A DNA stretch of 62,899 bases, filler included, from Vannella sp. (GCA_023345925.1; 8 parts of 8 records of this genome joined end to end with filler, not necessarily neighbours in it); one strand, 5' to 3'. Positions 45,451-57,894 are shown, numbered from the whole stretch's first letter. The notes: generated by a model not told the origin, from the sequence alone. Program-made: numbers and translations.

Positions 45451-46712
45451 TATATTGTACGTCTCTCTCTGATAGCTGCATTCCGCTCTTTTTGCCTTCA
45501 TTCGCTCCAGTCTTCATCAAGAGAGTTCATTGCGATCTCTCGTCTCTCACCATTGGACTTTTGTTTTCTCCTGAAGTTGGTGTGAATCTTCTGCCTCTCC
45601 GGCTCCCAACCAGAGTTCATCGGATCGAATTAGAGCAAGTTCTGTCTCATCCAGACACGATCAGACACTCCAGTCCTGGACTAATGAGCTTTTCATGGGC
45701 TTTCGTTGAGATTCTCTTAGCTCACATGAGTATCCTCTCACATGATGGAAAGTAGCCCTCATCAATCATTAGAAATCGTCATTCGCATTGTTGCAAGTCA
45801 AATGTTGAACCATTTTCAAACGGAGCCCAGTTAGGATCGATTCTGAGCGTTCTAACACCTGGTCAGTTGGAGAATTTCCGTAGAAGGCAAGTGGAACAAG
45901 ATAAATCCAGAGCTTAGAGGTGAATGACAGACGAGATGACAGAGAAACTTGTTTTCTTGTTGCACTTTCCCCATCTGATTCTGCGATCTGAAGAGAGCTA
46001 AGTCAACGACTCGCATACCGATGACCCAGGTTCATGATTAAGAGAAGAGTGATGATGGAGAGTCAAGAGAGTTAAAAGAGCGAAAGGGAATAGAAGTGGG
46101 CTGGTGTGTAGGCCATTGGTAGTTTGCATGCCTTTTCTAATTGTCTGTCCAATTGGATGCGTGCGTGTGCCCATCGGAAGTAAACTTCAATAATGAGCAC
46201 AGAAAAGCATACCACAAGGACAGCTCCAGATACATTCCAAGAGAGATCCATGAGAGAAATTTATCTCTTGTACTGCAGGGATTAACTTAAGCACGGTCAA
46301 CAGAAGAGCTTAGTTCGTTCGGTGATCCGTTTCACCACACAAAAGATGCTGCTGTTTAGTTTAGTCCCTGCGTTGGACGCTTTCGCAGGTTTGGTTAGGC
46401 AATTGTCTTCGCAGGACCTCTTTTCTTCAGGGTCGTCGGAATAGCTCAGGCACAACTTATCGTTCTTCTTTGTGTCGTTGGTAACGGCCAAATAGATAGT
46501 CAGCAGGGACTCCAATTGAGCGATGGGGTCCAAAAGGGGTTCATTCAGGATAGCACTTCCCAGCACATGCTCATTTGATGTGAGGTTGCGGAAGTAGCTT
46601 CCTGAGTAAGAAACGATCAATGTGCGGTCAGCAAAATTCATGAGCAGCGTTTAGTTTAGTTGCTCTACGCTGAGGCCATGACAGCTTTGAGTAAGGGAAA
46701 GAAGTGTGTCTA

Positions 46713-49700
46713 TTAAGATTGGAATCGGTTACCACATTCCCCACAGAACTTGGCACCGACTACTCGAGGGACACCACATGAAATGCAAAACTTCTGGCCC
46801 GCTGGAGCTCCCACTGGTGGGCCACCCCGACCACCCGCTGGAGCTCCTGTTGGTGGACCCCGACCACGGGTTGGTCCAGTTCCACGTGTGGCTGTGGGAG
46901 GGGAACCACGCAGGATGGGGTTGGGTCCTCTGAGTGGCACTCCTCGAGAGCGGATGGGGATCCCTCTTCCTCGGGGTGGAGGCTCATGACCACTGGGGGG
47001 TCCTGCTTTGAGAGATCCTTCCTGCCGACTCAAGGGCGGATTACTTGATTGCCTTCGTACAGGCAAACCCCGGCGGGCCCCAGAAGAGATGACTGCTGTG
47101 GGAGCAGTTACAGTCCTAGGCTTATTCCCAGCTACCACGCTCTGACTAAGAGAGCCTGCCAACCAACATTTAGGGCATTCTGTCGTCTTCTAGAAAGGCC
47201 TCTTACCGACTGGAGGCTTGGTGAAGATAACAGACATGTTACTTCTTGTCCCATTTCTCAACACGCTTTGCCTTCTCTGAGTCACCAGTGAGAAGGGCCC
47301 ATAGTTTGGATAAAAAGCTCACCTGGGCAAGTGGCACTACGATAGATTGACTGCCAGGAACATTCTCCTCCATTTGATCGTCGAGGGTGTAGATGACCTC
47401 ATCGTCATCATCATCGTAGCCGCTGTCCTCTATTTTAGGAGAAGGGGGTGGACGTTGGGGAGCCTCCCTGCGAACTCGACGAGAGTATTTGGTTGCGGGG
47501 GTGGAATAGAGAGCGCGAGAGCGGGCTTGCGCCGGCCTTGCTGCCGGATTCTGTTGGAGGAACTGCAAAATAGAAGGATCTACCTCTTTTGCCATCTGAA
47601 GGGCACTTCCTTGTGGGGAGTTTTGCGCCGGATTGGCTCCCTTTTCAATTAACAGCTTAACCACAGCCAGATTAGCAAAGTTCCGGTTAGATACAGAATA
47701 ATGGAGCGCGCTAAATCCTGCCTTGGAGACGAGGTTAACTTTGGCACCTGCTTCAATAATCCAAGTGATCCCCACAATGTTTCCTCGCATTGCTGCTTCA
47801 TGAATGGGAAGGATTCCTTCGTTTGTGGGAGCGTTCAATGAAGCTCCCTTAGCCTTGACTATTCCCAGGACTCTGATGTACGTTTCTTTGTAGGAGGGAG
47901 ATCGGAAAGAGTTGATTCGCATCAGGTAGTGAAGAATCGTACTTCCACTGGCTGTTTGAGCATTCACATTGACTCCGTAGGCATTTGTCAGTACTGTGAG
48001 AACATCTAAATGTCCTGCAGATGCAGCACAGTGCAAGGGAGTCCACCCTTTCGTATCGCTGTCGTTGACACTGGCATTCCGGATGAGGAGTCCAAAGACA
48101 GCGTCCAATTGATCCGCCTCTGCAGCCAAGTGCAAGGCAGTTCTCCCATCTTCATCCCTTGCGCCGCCAACATCCGCTTGATTTGGTAAACCCAAGGTAT
48201 TCCGACGTAAAGGAGTCGAGGCAAAGTCTCGCATGTAAACCATCAAGTCCGGGTCAGCTTTCTTCGCAACATCGAGTGGAGAGCCGACGTTGGGGGCCTC
48301 CATAGTTCTATCTGCACCATTTTTAAGAAGGAGAGTAACAATGTCCTTTCGTCCCACCCTAACTGCATAATGCAGTGGCGTCTCCCCAGCACTTTCAGGT
48401 GTTAGAAGTACTCTTTGGCAGCTGGTTAGTAGTGGACCTACTTGTTAGGCGAATTAACTCTTGCCATATTGTCAATCAGCCAAGAGACCGCGTCAATCTT
48501 GCCTCCCTTGATGGCTTGGTGAAGCGGAGTTTCCCCAAAGTCAGCAATAGTGTTGAGATCGACATTGGCCCGCTTAAGAATGCTCATCACTGACGCCCAC
48601 TTCCGCTCGTCTACGTCCAAGCGAGCGTTGCACATGTAATGAATGACTGACTTGTTGTTGTTAGCTTGCTTATCAACATCAATAACGGGCTGCTGCAAGA
48701 GGACAATCATCACATCAAAATTGCCCTTCTCAGCAGCGGCGATTAAAGGCGTGTTTCCGTTCAAATCGACTGCGTTCACATCCACTGGTCCCTTTAGAAG
48801 CTCGAGAGTAGCAGCCACATCATTCTCCAACACAGCACAATGAAGGGCAGTCTGCCCATATTCATTTCTGTCTTCTGTGTAACTTGCTTTAGCCTCTACA
48901 ATGTAGCGGCACCTTGCAGCTATGTCCTGCACAATTTGAGACGCCTGAGGAGTCTTAAAGCACACTGGTTGATTCAAAGTGTCATACTCTGCACAAAATG
49001 AGTATCCCTGTGAACAGCTATCAGAGAGGAGTCTTTCCTACCAATATAGAAAGTGTCAGATGCTTGTTCGTCCAAGACTAGGTTGGAAACGCTCCCATAG
49101 AATTGGTTCTCTCCGTTCTTACCGCCTTTCAGCCGAATGGATTCCTTGTCAAGCACCAAAGTGCGGCTGGAGAACTTCCCTTTTTGCTCGTGCTTGACAG
49201 AATACTCGACATCATTGAAAGTCACTGGTAAGGAAGTGGGAGGGGGCGCTTGGCTGACGTATTCGAGGACTAATTGAAGAAAAGTCTTGTTCTTGAGGAT
49301 TTCTCGGTGGTCAGCCCCTTCAATCTCGGCAACTTTCACATTGATGGTTTCTTTCCAGGTTTTACAATAGGCCATGGAAGGATACGGCACAGTCCCATCC
49401 CCTCCACGTTTTTGTCCCTTTAGAGAGTTTTGGCGCGTCTTCTTGGTCTCGTAAGCAATCCCGCCTTCACACTTGAAGTTACTAGCCTGTCCCCGACTAT
49501 CCAAAGCGAACGTAGTGATGGGCTTCTTGCTGGGATTGTCCTTAAAGAAGTAGAAAGTCTCTGTCTTCAGGTTAATGCCGTAAATGGCATAGATACGGTC
49601 TACTGGAGGTGCTCTCAAGACATCAGTGATACTTCCCACAAGTGGGTCGCCCTCAAAGAAGTCCCGATAGCGGTTATAAACCATTTCGGCTCCTCCCTGA

Positions 49701-50927
49701 ACCAAGGCTTCGCGATTGTCCAGGTTGAAGACCTTCCCCGTGCTGTCACGGTACTGGCTGTAGGTCGTGAACTCGTGGTCAATGGGAGAGATGTAAGGGA
49801 ACATCCAAGGAGAGCTTCCCAGACTTCGAGCCAGCCGAATGCCTTCATGAGGGAACAGGAACGCTTCCAGACCCATTCGATCCCCCGTTACCATAGCCCG
49901 TAGCAACTTTGGAGCCCCCACTACAACCAAGAAGTGCTCTTAGTCAGCAGAAGCTGGCTCAGGACGGTACATACACCACAAAGGACCGATGGCGAGCCAG
50001 TTATCCAAGTACTTGGAGGCCCATTGGCGTCCAGCTTTCTTCTCCACCCAGCGAGAGAAGTAGTGGACCACGCGGTTGCCCAAGCTGTGAGCAACGAGCA
50101 CCACTTTGGTGTTGTCGTTGTTCTGATACATTTCCTCGATCTTTCGCTTCATCTCAGTGAAGTAACCGTCCCTCTCTTCCATACGCTTTGGTGGTAAGCG
50201 CCAGTCGTACTATGACACGTTAGAGAAGGCTTCTGTGGCTTCGAGTGAGTCCACTCACCGGCATGGCGTCGAGATTGAGCCCGTCCACGTAGCCCAGGTC
50301 CTGTCGTAGGTGTCAGTCAGCAGATGATGCTTCCTTATAGAAGCAGTCACCTCAAGCATCTCTGCCAAAGGCCCCATCACGTAGGAGAGAGCGTCAGTGA
50401 TAGCTCCGGGGTCCAAGTACTTGCAGCCTTTCAGGCCCTTGACGGGCCGGATTTTGATGCCTGCGTAAGGTCAGAAGGTTGTACAGGGATGCTCTGACTC
50501 GCTCTGACCTTCTGGGTCTGAAAGACCGTCGGCTGCCAGACACATGTGAGCCATCCAGCGTCTCTTTGGGTGTTGTGAGTAGCTGGAGCTCTGGTTAGTG
50601 CGTAACTTACTTTCAGAGCCTCATCAACATCATCAGGAGCCTGTTCTTCTGCTCCACTCTTGCGCTTGTTCTTCTTATCTGGAGGACTTGTCAACGGCTG
50701 CTCTTCGTTTGGGCGTTCTCACCTCCTGCTGGACCAAAGGGCGACCACATCTTCTCAAAGCCAATACTAGACATGCTCAACCAGATGCGTTTGCCCACCC
50801 AAGCTTCGAAAGGCGACTCCGTCACCTTCAAACAAGAAGAGCACAATCCAGGCACAATGATGACCGGCCGCTTTGGTGTGTAGCCATCCGCACGATACTT
50901 TGTGCCCAACGACTTTCCTGCAAACAT
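46713..50927 (-). CDS. LCAT/PDAT-family acyltransferase fused to a PH-like domain, ankyrin repeats and a C-terminal zinc ribbon, spliced
   Basis: PVIIVPGL, YDWR, AHSLG, GDGTVP, ADHREIL. In-frame introns link this to GQTALH/GETPLH/GRTALH ankyrin repeats and terminal CISCG...FCGECG. Confidence 0.82.
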
Positions 50928-51130
50928 TGCCGCGTGGGCGAAAGCTGCCGCCCACGAGAGAATGGCTCCAACGCTCTTCCCGCCAAGGTCTCGACCTCCA
51001 ATGATTGGCTCACAAGATTTCCTTTTGGGGAATAGTGGTGAGGGAAACCTCTTCAGTCTTCCAGCAATCACGGAATTCTAACCTTTTGTTAGTCAGTCAA
51101 CCAACAGAAATCTTCTCTTCAGCAAGATTG

Positions 51131-51150
51131 TTTAGGGTTTAGGGTTTAGG
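51131..51150 (+). repeat. (TTTAGGG)n telomere-like / telo-box motif in a divergent promoter
   Basis: TTTAGGGTTTAGGGTTTAGG between the LCAT fusion and ArfGAP starts. Confidence 0.7.
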
Positions 51151-51187
51151 ATTTCAAGGATGTGATTGGCTGCCACTTGGTCATTCG

Positions 51188-51860
51188 ATGGCGGACGCGA
51201 GGAGGTTGCAAGTGTTGAATGAGCGCCACGAGCAGATCCTTCGAGCGGAGGTGAAGAAGCCGATGAATTTGGAGTGCTTTGATTGCATGCAGAAGGTATT
51301 GGCTTGTGGAGGCGCTCCTGGGGTGAGCTGGAACGCTGACAAGTGGGCTGAAGGGACCGTTTAGTATTGTTCTGGACCTTGGAACGTTTGTTTGTAACGA
51401 TTGTGCCGGTATTCAGTACGGAAAGGGTCCTTTGAGGAAGATGGGAACTTATACGCCTTGTTCTAGTCGAGGATCCCCCTTCAACCATCGAGTGAAGAGC
51501 ATTTCCACCTCCACCTTCAAACCAGAGGAGGTTGCGCATCTCCTCAAGGAGGGAGGCAATGAAGTTCGTAGCTTAGCAGTGATTAAAGAGCTATGGGCTA
51601 ACCAGAGGGCTCTACAGAGAATGGGACTCATCTGGAGAGGGAAACTTCTCCGCAACACGATGAAACCTCGCGCTGGCGACTTAGCACGCATCCAGGAGGT
51701 TATGAGGCAGACCTACATTGAAAAGAAGTTCTATGTGCCTCCTTCTGTGGCTCTTAAGAACGTCAGTACCAAGGAAAGAGTGAAAAGGGGTACTGACCCC
51801 CTTACAGGAGGTTCCTCAAGAGGATCTCTCCCGAAGCGGCATTCTTGATCAGTTACCTTC
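51188..51860 (+). CDS. ArfGAP (AGFG-like), 3'-truncated, spliced
   Basis: NLECFDCMQK|GPFSIVLDLGTFVCNDCAGIH|R...HRVKSISTSTFKPEEV...GGNE. Confidence 0.9.
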
Positions 51861-51960
51861 NNNNNNNNNNNNNNNNNNNNNNNNNNNNNNNNNNNNNNNN
51901 NNNNTTAATTAATTAANNNNNNNNNNNNNNNNNNNNNNNNNNNNNNNNNNNNNNNNNNNN
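51861..51960. other. Artificial contig spacer
   Basis: N44-TTAATTAATTAA-N44. Confidence 0.99.
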
Positions 51961-52034
51961 GGATCCGGGCTGCACTAACAGAAGAGGGAAGGTTGCTGAA
52001 AGAACATGAAACGACAGAAGCGCTATGCGTGACG

Positions 52035-54448
52035 ATGAGGGGCATTGGGAACGGCGAGAAGGCTTCGGACCCTTCCGAGTTCGAGGATATCACCGCTTTT
52101 CTGAATGAAGGATGTGCTGGTATGTTCATACTCGTGTTGAATGGGCATATCTCACGAAAGTACTCCTTGCAGCCCTCAAAGACGGTGAAATGATCCACCC
52201 TCCTCGCTTTCGCCTTCAAGACACCATTTCCTGCCTCGAGGTGAGTGCCTTGGACCTACCAAAAGGTAGTTTCTCATGTCTTCTTGCTATGGTTAGATCA
52301 TGGACCCCAAGATGGACAGCGGTGTTGCCATGAGGTTGTCCCCCACTCTTTTAGCTTCTGAGGCCGAGCGTGCGGGGCGATTAGCCCAAGACAAGTCGTT
52401 TAGCACAGATCAGATAGTCTTGTTGATGGATCAACTACTAGCAGCAGAAGTAGCCTTCTACCAGGGCCACAATCCACTTCAGACCTTCCTCACGTGCCTC
52501 CTTCTGCACGATCTCCGGCGTATCAGCAACCCCTTCTTACGTACCTACGCATATTCTCTCATTAGGGCGTGTGACTTGATGCGGGAGATGGTCACGCAAA
52601 CGGATATCTGCGACGACGAGGACTTTAACAGCTTCATGATCGGCTATCACCTCCTTCCTGAAGTGCCTTTGGACTCCTTGTATAGGATGATTGATCTTGC
52701 ACGCGCTGAGTTACTTGGAAGAGGGAAAGAATCAGGCTCTGGCCCGCTTCAGTACAATCTGAAAGAGATTGGCCTGTTTCGGGCGATCAGCGCTCGACTG
52801 CGCTTTAAAGAGTTATTCTGCAAGATCCAAACGAACTTTGAGTCTCCTTTAAACTTCTTCCAGATCCCCCAACAACTCCAACAAGCACGAAAACTACTTT
52901 CTGTGATTCAGTCTTCTCACTCCACTCTCGTTAAGGATGGGACAACGCTTCCTGAGGGCATCTTTGACGCTACTATTTCTAGGAGGGTATATTTCACCGC
53001 TCCTCCGAATGTTGTCCCTTTGCCAACAGTCCCTGAGGCCATTCAATTTTTGGATCAATTCCTGGCCAATTGCGAGTCATTCCTGGCTTGGCCTAGCATT
53101 CAGGACGTCAGTATCACTGAACTAATGGGCAAAATTGAAGCATTCAGCTCCCAAAGACCAGATGTACTCAGCCGTGCCCGTCTTTTTGTGAGTTCTCCTT
53201 CCGCTTCCTTGTACCTGCTCCTCCACCATTAGGCATTAACCCTTCACCCTGCAGAGACTCGTACTACAAGGGCATGTTGTGCTGGGGAAATCGAGCATGG
53301 GAACCCTCATTCAAGACGATATGCTCCGCCGAGGCGTTCCCGTCAGATCTTTGAAACACAAAAATGGGCAGCTTGTCATCGATAACGCGGAGCACATCCT
53401 CTTGAACATGATTCATGTCTTTTTCAATAACCGGTCCCGCCAACGGGCGAGGATGATTCTCATTTTCCAGGACTTTGGCAATCTTCAAGTGCACGCCCAG
53501 TCCATCGATGTGGAGCTGGCCGGCCCTAAACCCGCTGAGACTGATCTTTGGTTATCCAATTATCTCTGCGAGGTGATCATTCAGTCCATGGTGAATTACA
53601 TCCGCATCGGCTTTGAGTTGGACTTGTATTCCGATTTGGAGTATCCTCTCGCCCTGTGGTATCTGGACTATCTTTATGGCCGATGGAGTATCTTCAAAGC
53701 TGCTCAGAGAGTTTACCTTCACCAACAACTAATAGCAGCTGCCAAAAAGCCTCTTCCAAAACGAGGGAAGAATGGCAGAAGGGTCAAGCCCCAGCGCCCA
53801 GAAGTCCCTCCTGAAATGCCTCCACCGACAGATGAGCATCTTTACATAGAAGCTCAACAGTCCCTCGCTCGTGGCTTGGCTCGTGTAAGTGCTAACCCTC
53901 GAACAAGACCGGAATCTCCCTTCGCAGAACTTAACTCGTCCGCCACAGTACATTGTTGCCATGCAATCCTCCCTCTCCCCTGATGGGCAGTGGAAGCAAG
54001 CTCCTTTCCAGTTTGGCACAAACAACTTGCGCTTTGTCCAACGCTTTGGAGCGTTCAACCACCTCATCATGCCCCCGCCTCTGCATTTTGCCCACTTTGA
54101 GCACTCAATGGAGTTTGGTACCAAAACAGTAAGACACTGAAGCACCCCTAAGAGGTCCAGACGGGACTAACGAGGGGCCAGGTCAAGCAGGTGTTGGAAT
54201 ATGCTTCGGAGATGTTCGCGTTCTCCAAGAAGTGTTTGGATCAGTTGCTGCGGTCTCCCACATTGGATCCCGCCCTCGCAGTGGAGCTCAAGTCCCTCAC
54301 ACGCGTGGCTCTGACCAACAAAATCAACATTCTGCGGTTCCCCGCTCAGCCTCTGGGAAGGATCATCCGCTTCTCCCACGAAGTGCACACCGTCTTCCCT
54401 ATTGCCAGTCTCGAAGAGAAAGTGCGCCGACAGTCAACACCAGAATAG
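52035..54448 (+). CDS. NAA35: NatC auxiliary subunit Naa35/Mak10, spliced
   Basis: FRLQDTISCLE|IMDPKMDSG, GHNPLQTFLTCLLL, DDEDF, NRSRQR, GFELDLYS..EY, RFVQRFGAF. Confidence 0.9.
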
Positions 54449-54478
54449 AGCAGAACCGCATCTTCATTGTTGTTGCAG

Positions 54479-54540
54479 AGGGAAGAGAGGGAAGAAGGAG
54501 AAGAGAGGGAAGAAGGAGAAGAGAGGGAAGAAAGGGGGAG
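54479..54540 (+). repeat. Polypurine tandem repeat (18-nt unit) between convergent 3' ends
   Basis: GAAGAGAGGGAAGAAGGA repeated about 2.5-3 times. Confidence 0.8.
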
Positions 54541-54543
54541 GGA

Positions 54544-54953
54544 TCACTCCTTGTCCTGCTTCTTACTTTCCCGCTCCTTCTCGATCAAGTCCTTTCCTTT
54601 CGATTGGAAGTAGTCGCATGCCTTGTCTACCATCAGGTCACCTGAAAGCTTCGTCAGAATAGAGCGCCCATCACTAAGCGGAAGCAAAGTGCGCACCCGC
54701 TTTGAAGTACATCGCTGTAGCACCTCTCAGAGTCTCATTAGTGATCCTTGAGACCAAGAATTGGGATACACTGTCACACAAGGCTCAGTCCACCTTCTTT
54801 GCAACAGAGGAAAGAGGGCGACCTACTTGATCCCAGCAAAGCGGCGGATACCCCCTGCAGCTGTAGTGATAGTGACCAGGTCTACAAGAAGAGAAGTGAT
54901 GCTACTAAGCGTCAGTCCGTGCCTGTGGAAGGGCAAACCACGGACAAACCCAT
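54544..54953 (-). CDS. Small DUF1748-like protein, 4 exons
   Basis: Spliced product MGF(S)ITSLLVDLVTITTAAGGIRRFAGINVSQFLVSRITNETLRGATAMYFKAGDLMVDKACDYFQ... Confidence 0.65.
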
Positions 54954-55084
54954 GTTCACAAGAGGAGAAGGCCGGGAAATGAGAGGAATGGCTACCGACC
55001 GGCCTTCCTGGAGCACGACATTGGATAATCGATTTATGATGGTACCCTGGGGAGAATGGAGCGTACGATTGCTCGATCATGGAC

Positions 55085-55954
55085 CTACTTGCGGATTCCG
55101 CCCTTGGCAGTTGGCATGTACTTCTTGGCCTCGTGGAGGTCACGTTCAATCCACCAGATACCACCCTGAGCACTTCCACACTGTGCCTTTACCTTCTTAA
55201 GGTAAGCCTCCGCCTCCTCCACGCGTCGCTTGACTTCCTCCAGAGTCTCCTCCGCAGCGCGCTTGGTCTTCTCGGCCTTCTTGACGGCAGCCTCCGTGGT
55301 GATCTTAGCACGGCGAAGTGGCAAAGGGTCCTCAGCCTGCAGTTGAGCAAGCTCAGCCTTGGCTTTGTTCATGGAGACGACACCTCCGCCTTGACTTCTC
55401 TTGGTTGCGTCCTCAATCTTGCCATTGTAGGAAGCCTCCTCCTCATGAAGGGCGTTCAGAGCCGCATTCAGTTCGTTCTGAGCAATACGGGCAGCAGAGG
55501 CAGCCTCTTCAGCTTCTTTGCAGGCGCGGTTGACCTCGTTCAGCATCTGTTGAGCTTGCTTCAGCTCCTCTTGGTTATCACCTTGAGTGGCGTTGACGAG
55601 AGTATGCCAGTCGTATCCATACTTAAAGGTGAGGTAGTGGGTGATGGGCACGGTCTTGGGGCGCTCGGTTTCACCAATAGCGCCGACGTCTCGCAGCTTA
55701 GCTCGGAGCTCACGAACGGTCAAAGTCTCGCCAAACTCCTCCAAGAAGCGATGAGCCATCATCTCGTCAAGGCCAGAGCCCTCCTCTTTGTTCTCCAAGT
55801 CGATTTGGCTGCACTTCTGCACGTACTCCCACATCCTCTCCGCCTCCTTCTCACCCAAGTCATTCCAGAATGCATTGAGGAACCAGACAGACTGCTCCTT
55901 GTAAGTCGTCTTGCACAAGTTCACAAACTTCTCGTGATCGTCAGCTCCTTCCAT
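55085..55954 (-). CDS. Calcium-regulated actin-bundling protein family (Dictyostelium 34-kDa ABP-like)
   Basis: YKEQSVWFLNAFW at the N-terminus, Ala/Glu/Lys coiled coil, QGGIWWIERDLHEAKK at the C-terminus. Confidence 0.75.
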   Translation of the reverse strand: MEGADDHEKFVNLCKTTYKEQSVWFLNAFWNDLGEKEAERMWEYVQKCSQIDLENKEEGSGLDEMMAHRFLEEFGETLTVRELRAKLRDVGAIGETERPKTVPITHYLTFKYGYDWHTLVNATQGDNQEELKQAQQMLNEVNRACKEAEEAASAARIAQNELNAALNALHEEEASYNGKIEDATKRSQGGGVVSMNKAKAELAQLQAEDPLPLRRAKITTEAAVKKAEKTKRAAEETLEEVKRRVEEAEAYLKKVKAQCGSAQGGIWWIERDLHEAKKYMPTAKGGIRK

Positions 55955-56204
55955 CTCCTTCCTCAGAAAAGTATCCAAAAGTGGTCGTCCACAAAACTTT
56001 CACCCAAAGTGAGTCTCCAACAATCAGGATCATCCGAAAGTTGGTTTCAGAGGATTTTGCATTTTCACTTTTTGATGACTTTCTGTCATGACATGTTAGC
56101 AAACTCCAACCAAGGTTACAGTCTGGCTTGGGAGTGTGTTTGTGTTCGCATGAGGAGATGGATGGGAGTGTATTTGTGTTTGGATCGGGTTCAGATGGCT
56201 CTGG

Positions 56205-57187
56205 TTACCGTGGAATGCCCAAGTAGTCGTGAATGTGCATGTTCCGTCTCTTCTTCCGCTCCTCTAGCCTCTCCGGAGTCATCCAAGGCTTACTCTTTAG
56301 CTCGATAGGAATCAAAGGGTGTTCTATCCAGGGGAAGGAACGAGGAGGGCCTCCAGCACGGATGGGACGAGGGACACGAGTGACCTTAGGTAGCACCAGC
56401 GGCTCACAAAGACGCACCCAGTGGATAAACTTCGGGTCCAACGACACAGGGTCCAACAGAGTGTACTGAGGAGTGACCAAATAGCGCCTCCCTTCAACCA
56501 CCAAGTTGAACTTCTTGCCAGGAGCTACGCGGTCCATTTGATCGGTCTCCAAGAAGGATCGCATCATCGACTTGTGAATCTGTATGGACATCTCCGGGTA
56601 GCCTTTGCCCTGGATGATGCAAGGGATGATCTTTTGTTCTCTCAGCTTACTACAACGTACAGTGAGTGCTTGCACATGGTTAGAGGGACAAGGGAGCCTT
56701 ACGCGCATCCGTATTTGCCACCGATCATGCGAGGCTCAGCTTGGAGGTCGTAAGTGGCCCTACGGGGGTGAGTCTAGTGAGGGGAAGAACAGAGTACGCA
56801 CTTGGGGTTGTAGAAGAACTCGTAGTCTTCGTCCAGTTCAATGGCAGGCTGTCGAAGAAGGCGGGACATGCTGTCACCGAGGAACTTGGTGTACAACTCC
56901 TTGGTGAGCTTCTGTTTGCCCTTTCCAATAACGTTTGCAAACTCCTTCTTCACATCCGCCACCCCCAAGTCGTCATCAAGGCGATGGATAGCGCTGTCAG
57001 GGTTATCCATTTGCTTCCACCAAGTAAAGTCGATAGGGCCTCGATAGCTCATGGGTGGGATCTCCACCGGAGCCTTACCTCCCTTGCCACCCTTAGCAGC
57101 AGCACCCTTAGCTGGAGGCTTTGCATACGCCCTGGTCACAACCAAGCGAGGGACCAACGAAGAAGACGCCAACCCCCGAACGAGCAT
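56205..57187 (-). CDS. Mitochondrial ribosomal protein bL25m-like with N-terminal extension, spliced
   Basis: Spliced YDLQAEPRMIGGKYGCA|KLREQKIIPCIIQGKG...LDPVSLDPKFIHW matches the L25p domain; presequence MLVRGLASSSLVPRLVVTRAYA. Confidence 0.75.
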
Positions 57188-57205
57188 CCAAAAATGACAG
57201 ATAAG

Positions 57206-57243
57206 CCCTAAACCCTACCCAGGCATTGCCCTAAACCCTAAAA
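57206..57243 (-). promoter_or_regulatory. Two telo-box-like motifs upstream of the bL25m gene
   Basis: CCCTAAACCCTA at 57206-57217 and 57229-57240. Confidence 0.6.
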
Positions 57244-57363
57244 AGACCTTACACAGATTTATTCTTTTGACCAGACAGATGAATCAGACTTGCCCAAAAG
57301 AGCCAATTCCCGTCGTTTCTTCGTAATTTGCTCGGATGCGATCTTTCATGGGGTTAGGGGATG

Positions 57364-57463
57364 NNNNNNNNNNNNNNNNNNNNNNNNNNNNNNNNNNNNN
57401 NNNNNNNTTAATTAATTAANNNNNNNNNNNNNNNNNNNNNNNNNNNNNNNNNNNNNNNNNNNN
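57364..57463. other. Artificial contig spacer
   Basis: N44-TTAATTAATTAA-N44. Confidence 0.99.
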
Positions 57464-57894
57464 CACGAAACCTCGACCACAAAGCCTGTGGGGAAATAGT
57501 CGAGGAATTGAGCGGCGTTGAGAGCAAGTTGGGGGGATTTACCACTGCCAGAGACTCTGTTGCAGAGCCGTGGCTGGCGAAAACCCGACTGGGTCGAACA
57601 AGTCGTGCCCCGCTGATCTGCAAACACGGGGAAATGGGAATGAGATCACTGGTCAATTCCGTCACTCAAAAGACAACTGTTGGAAGCATGAATCGAAAAG
57701 CGCTTCCTATGATATATCCTCCTTTTTTTTCTTTTTTTTTTCTTTTTTTTTTTCTTTTTTCCCCCCTTTTTTTGAAGGTCATTTTTGCGCAGGATTTTCT
57801 CGAGTTTAACTGAATTCTCCCTTTCGAAGAGAATGCGTTGGAGGTCTCTTGGAGGGGAGCCGGGGAATCAGTCTTTTCCCGCCTTCCAAGAGCG

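Noticed and set aside
55079..56308. Long antisense ORFs (409 aa here; also 27586-28419, 29937-30458, 58723-59442)
   Set aside because: Shadow ORFs opposite well-supported genes with biased codon usage.
4965..57463. Seven recurring TTAATTAATTAA motifs flanked by N runs
   Set aside because: Identical 100-nt artificial concatenation linkers; not biological, and gene neighbourhoods across them are not real.
57723..57773. Poly-T tract as a terminator or retroelement tail
   Set aside because: No flanking element, target-site duplication or Pol III gene is visible; simple low-complexity upstream sequence.
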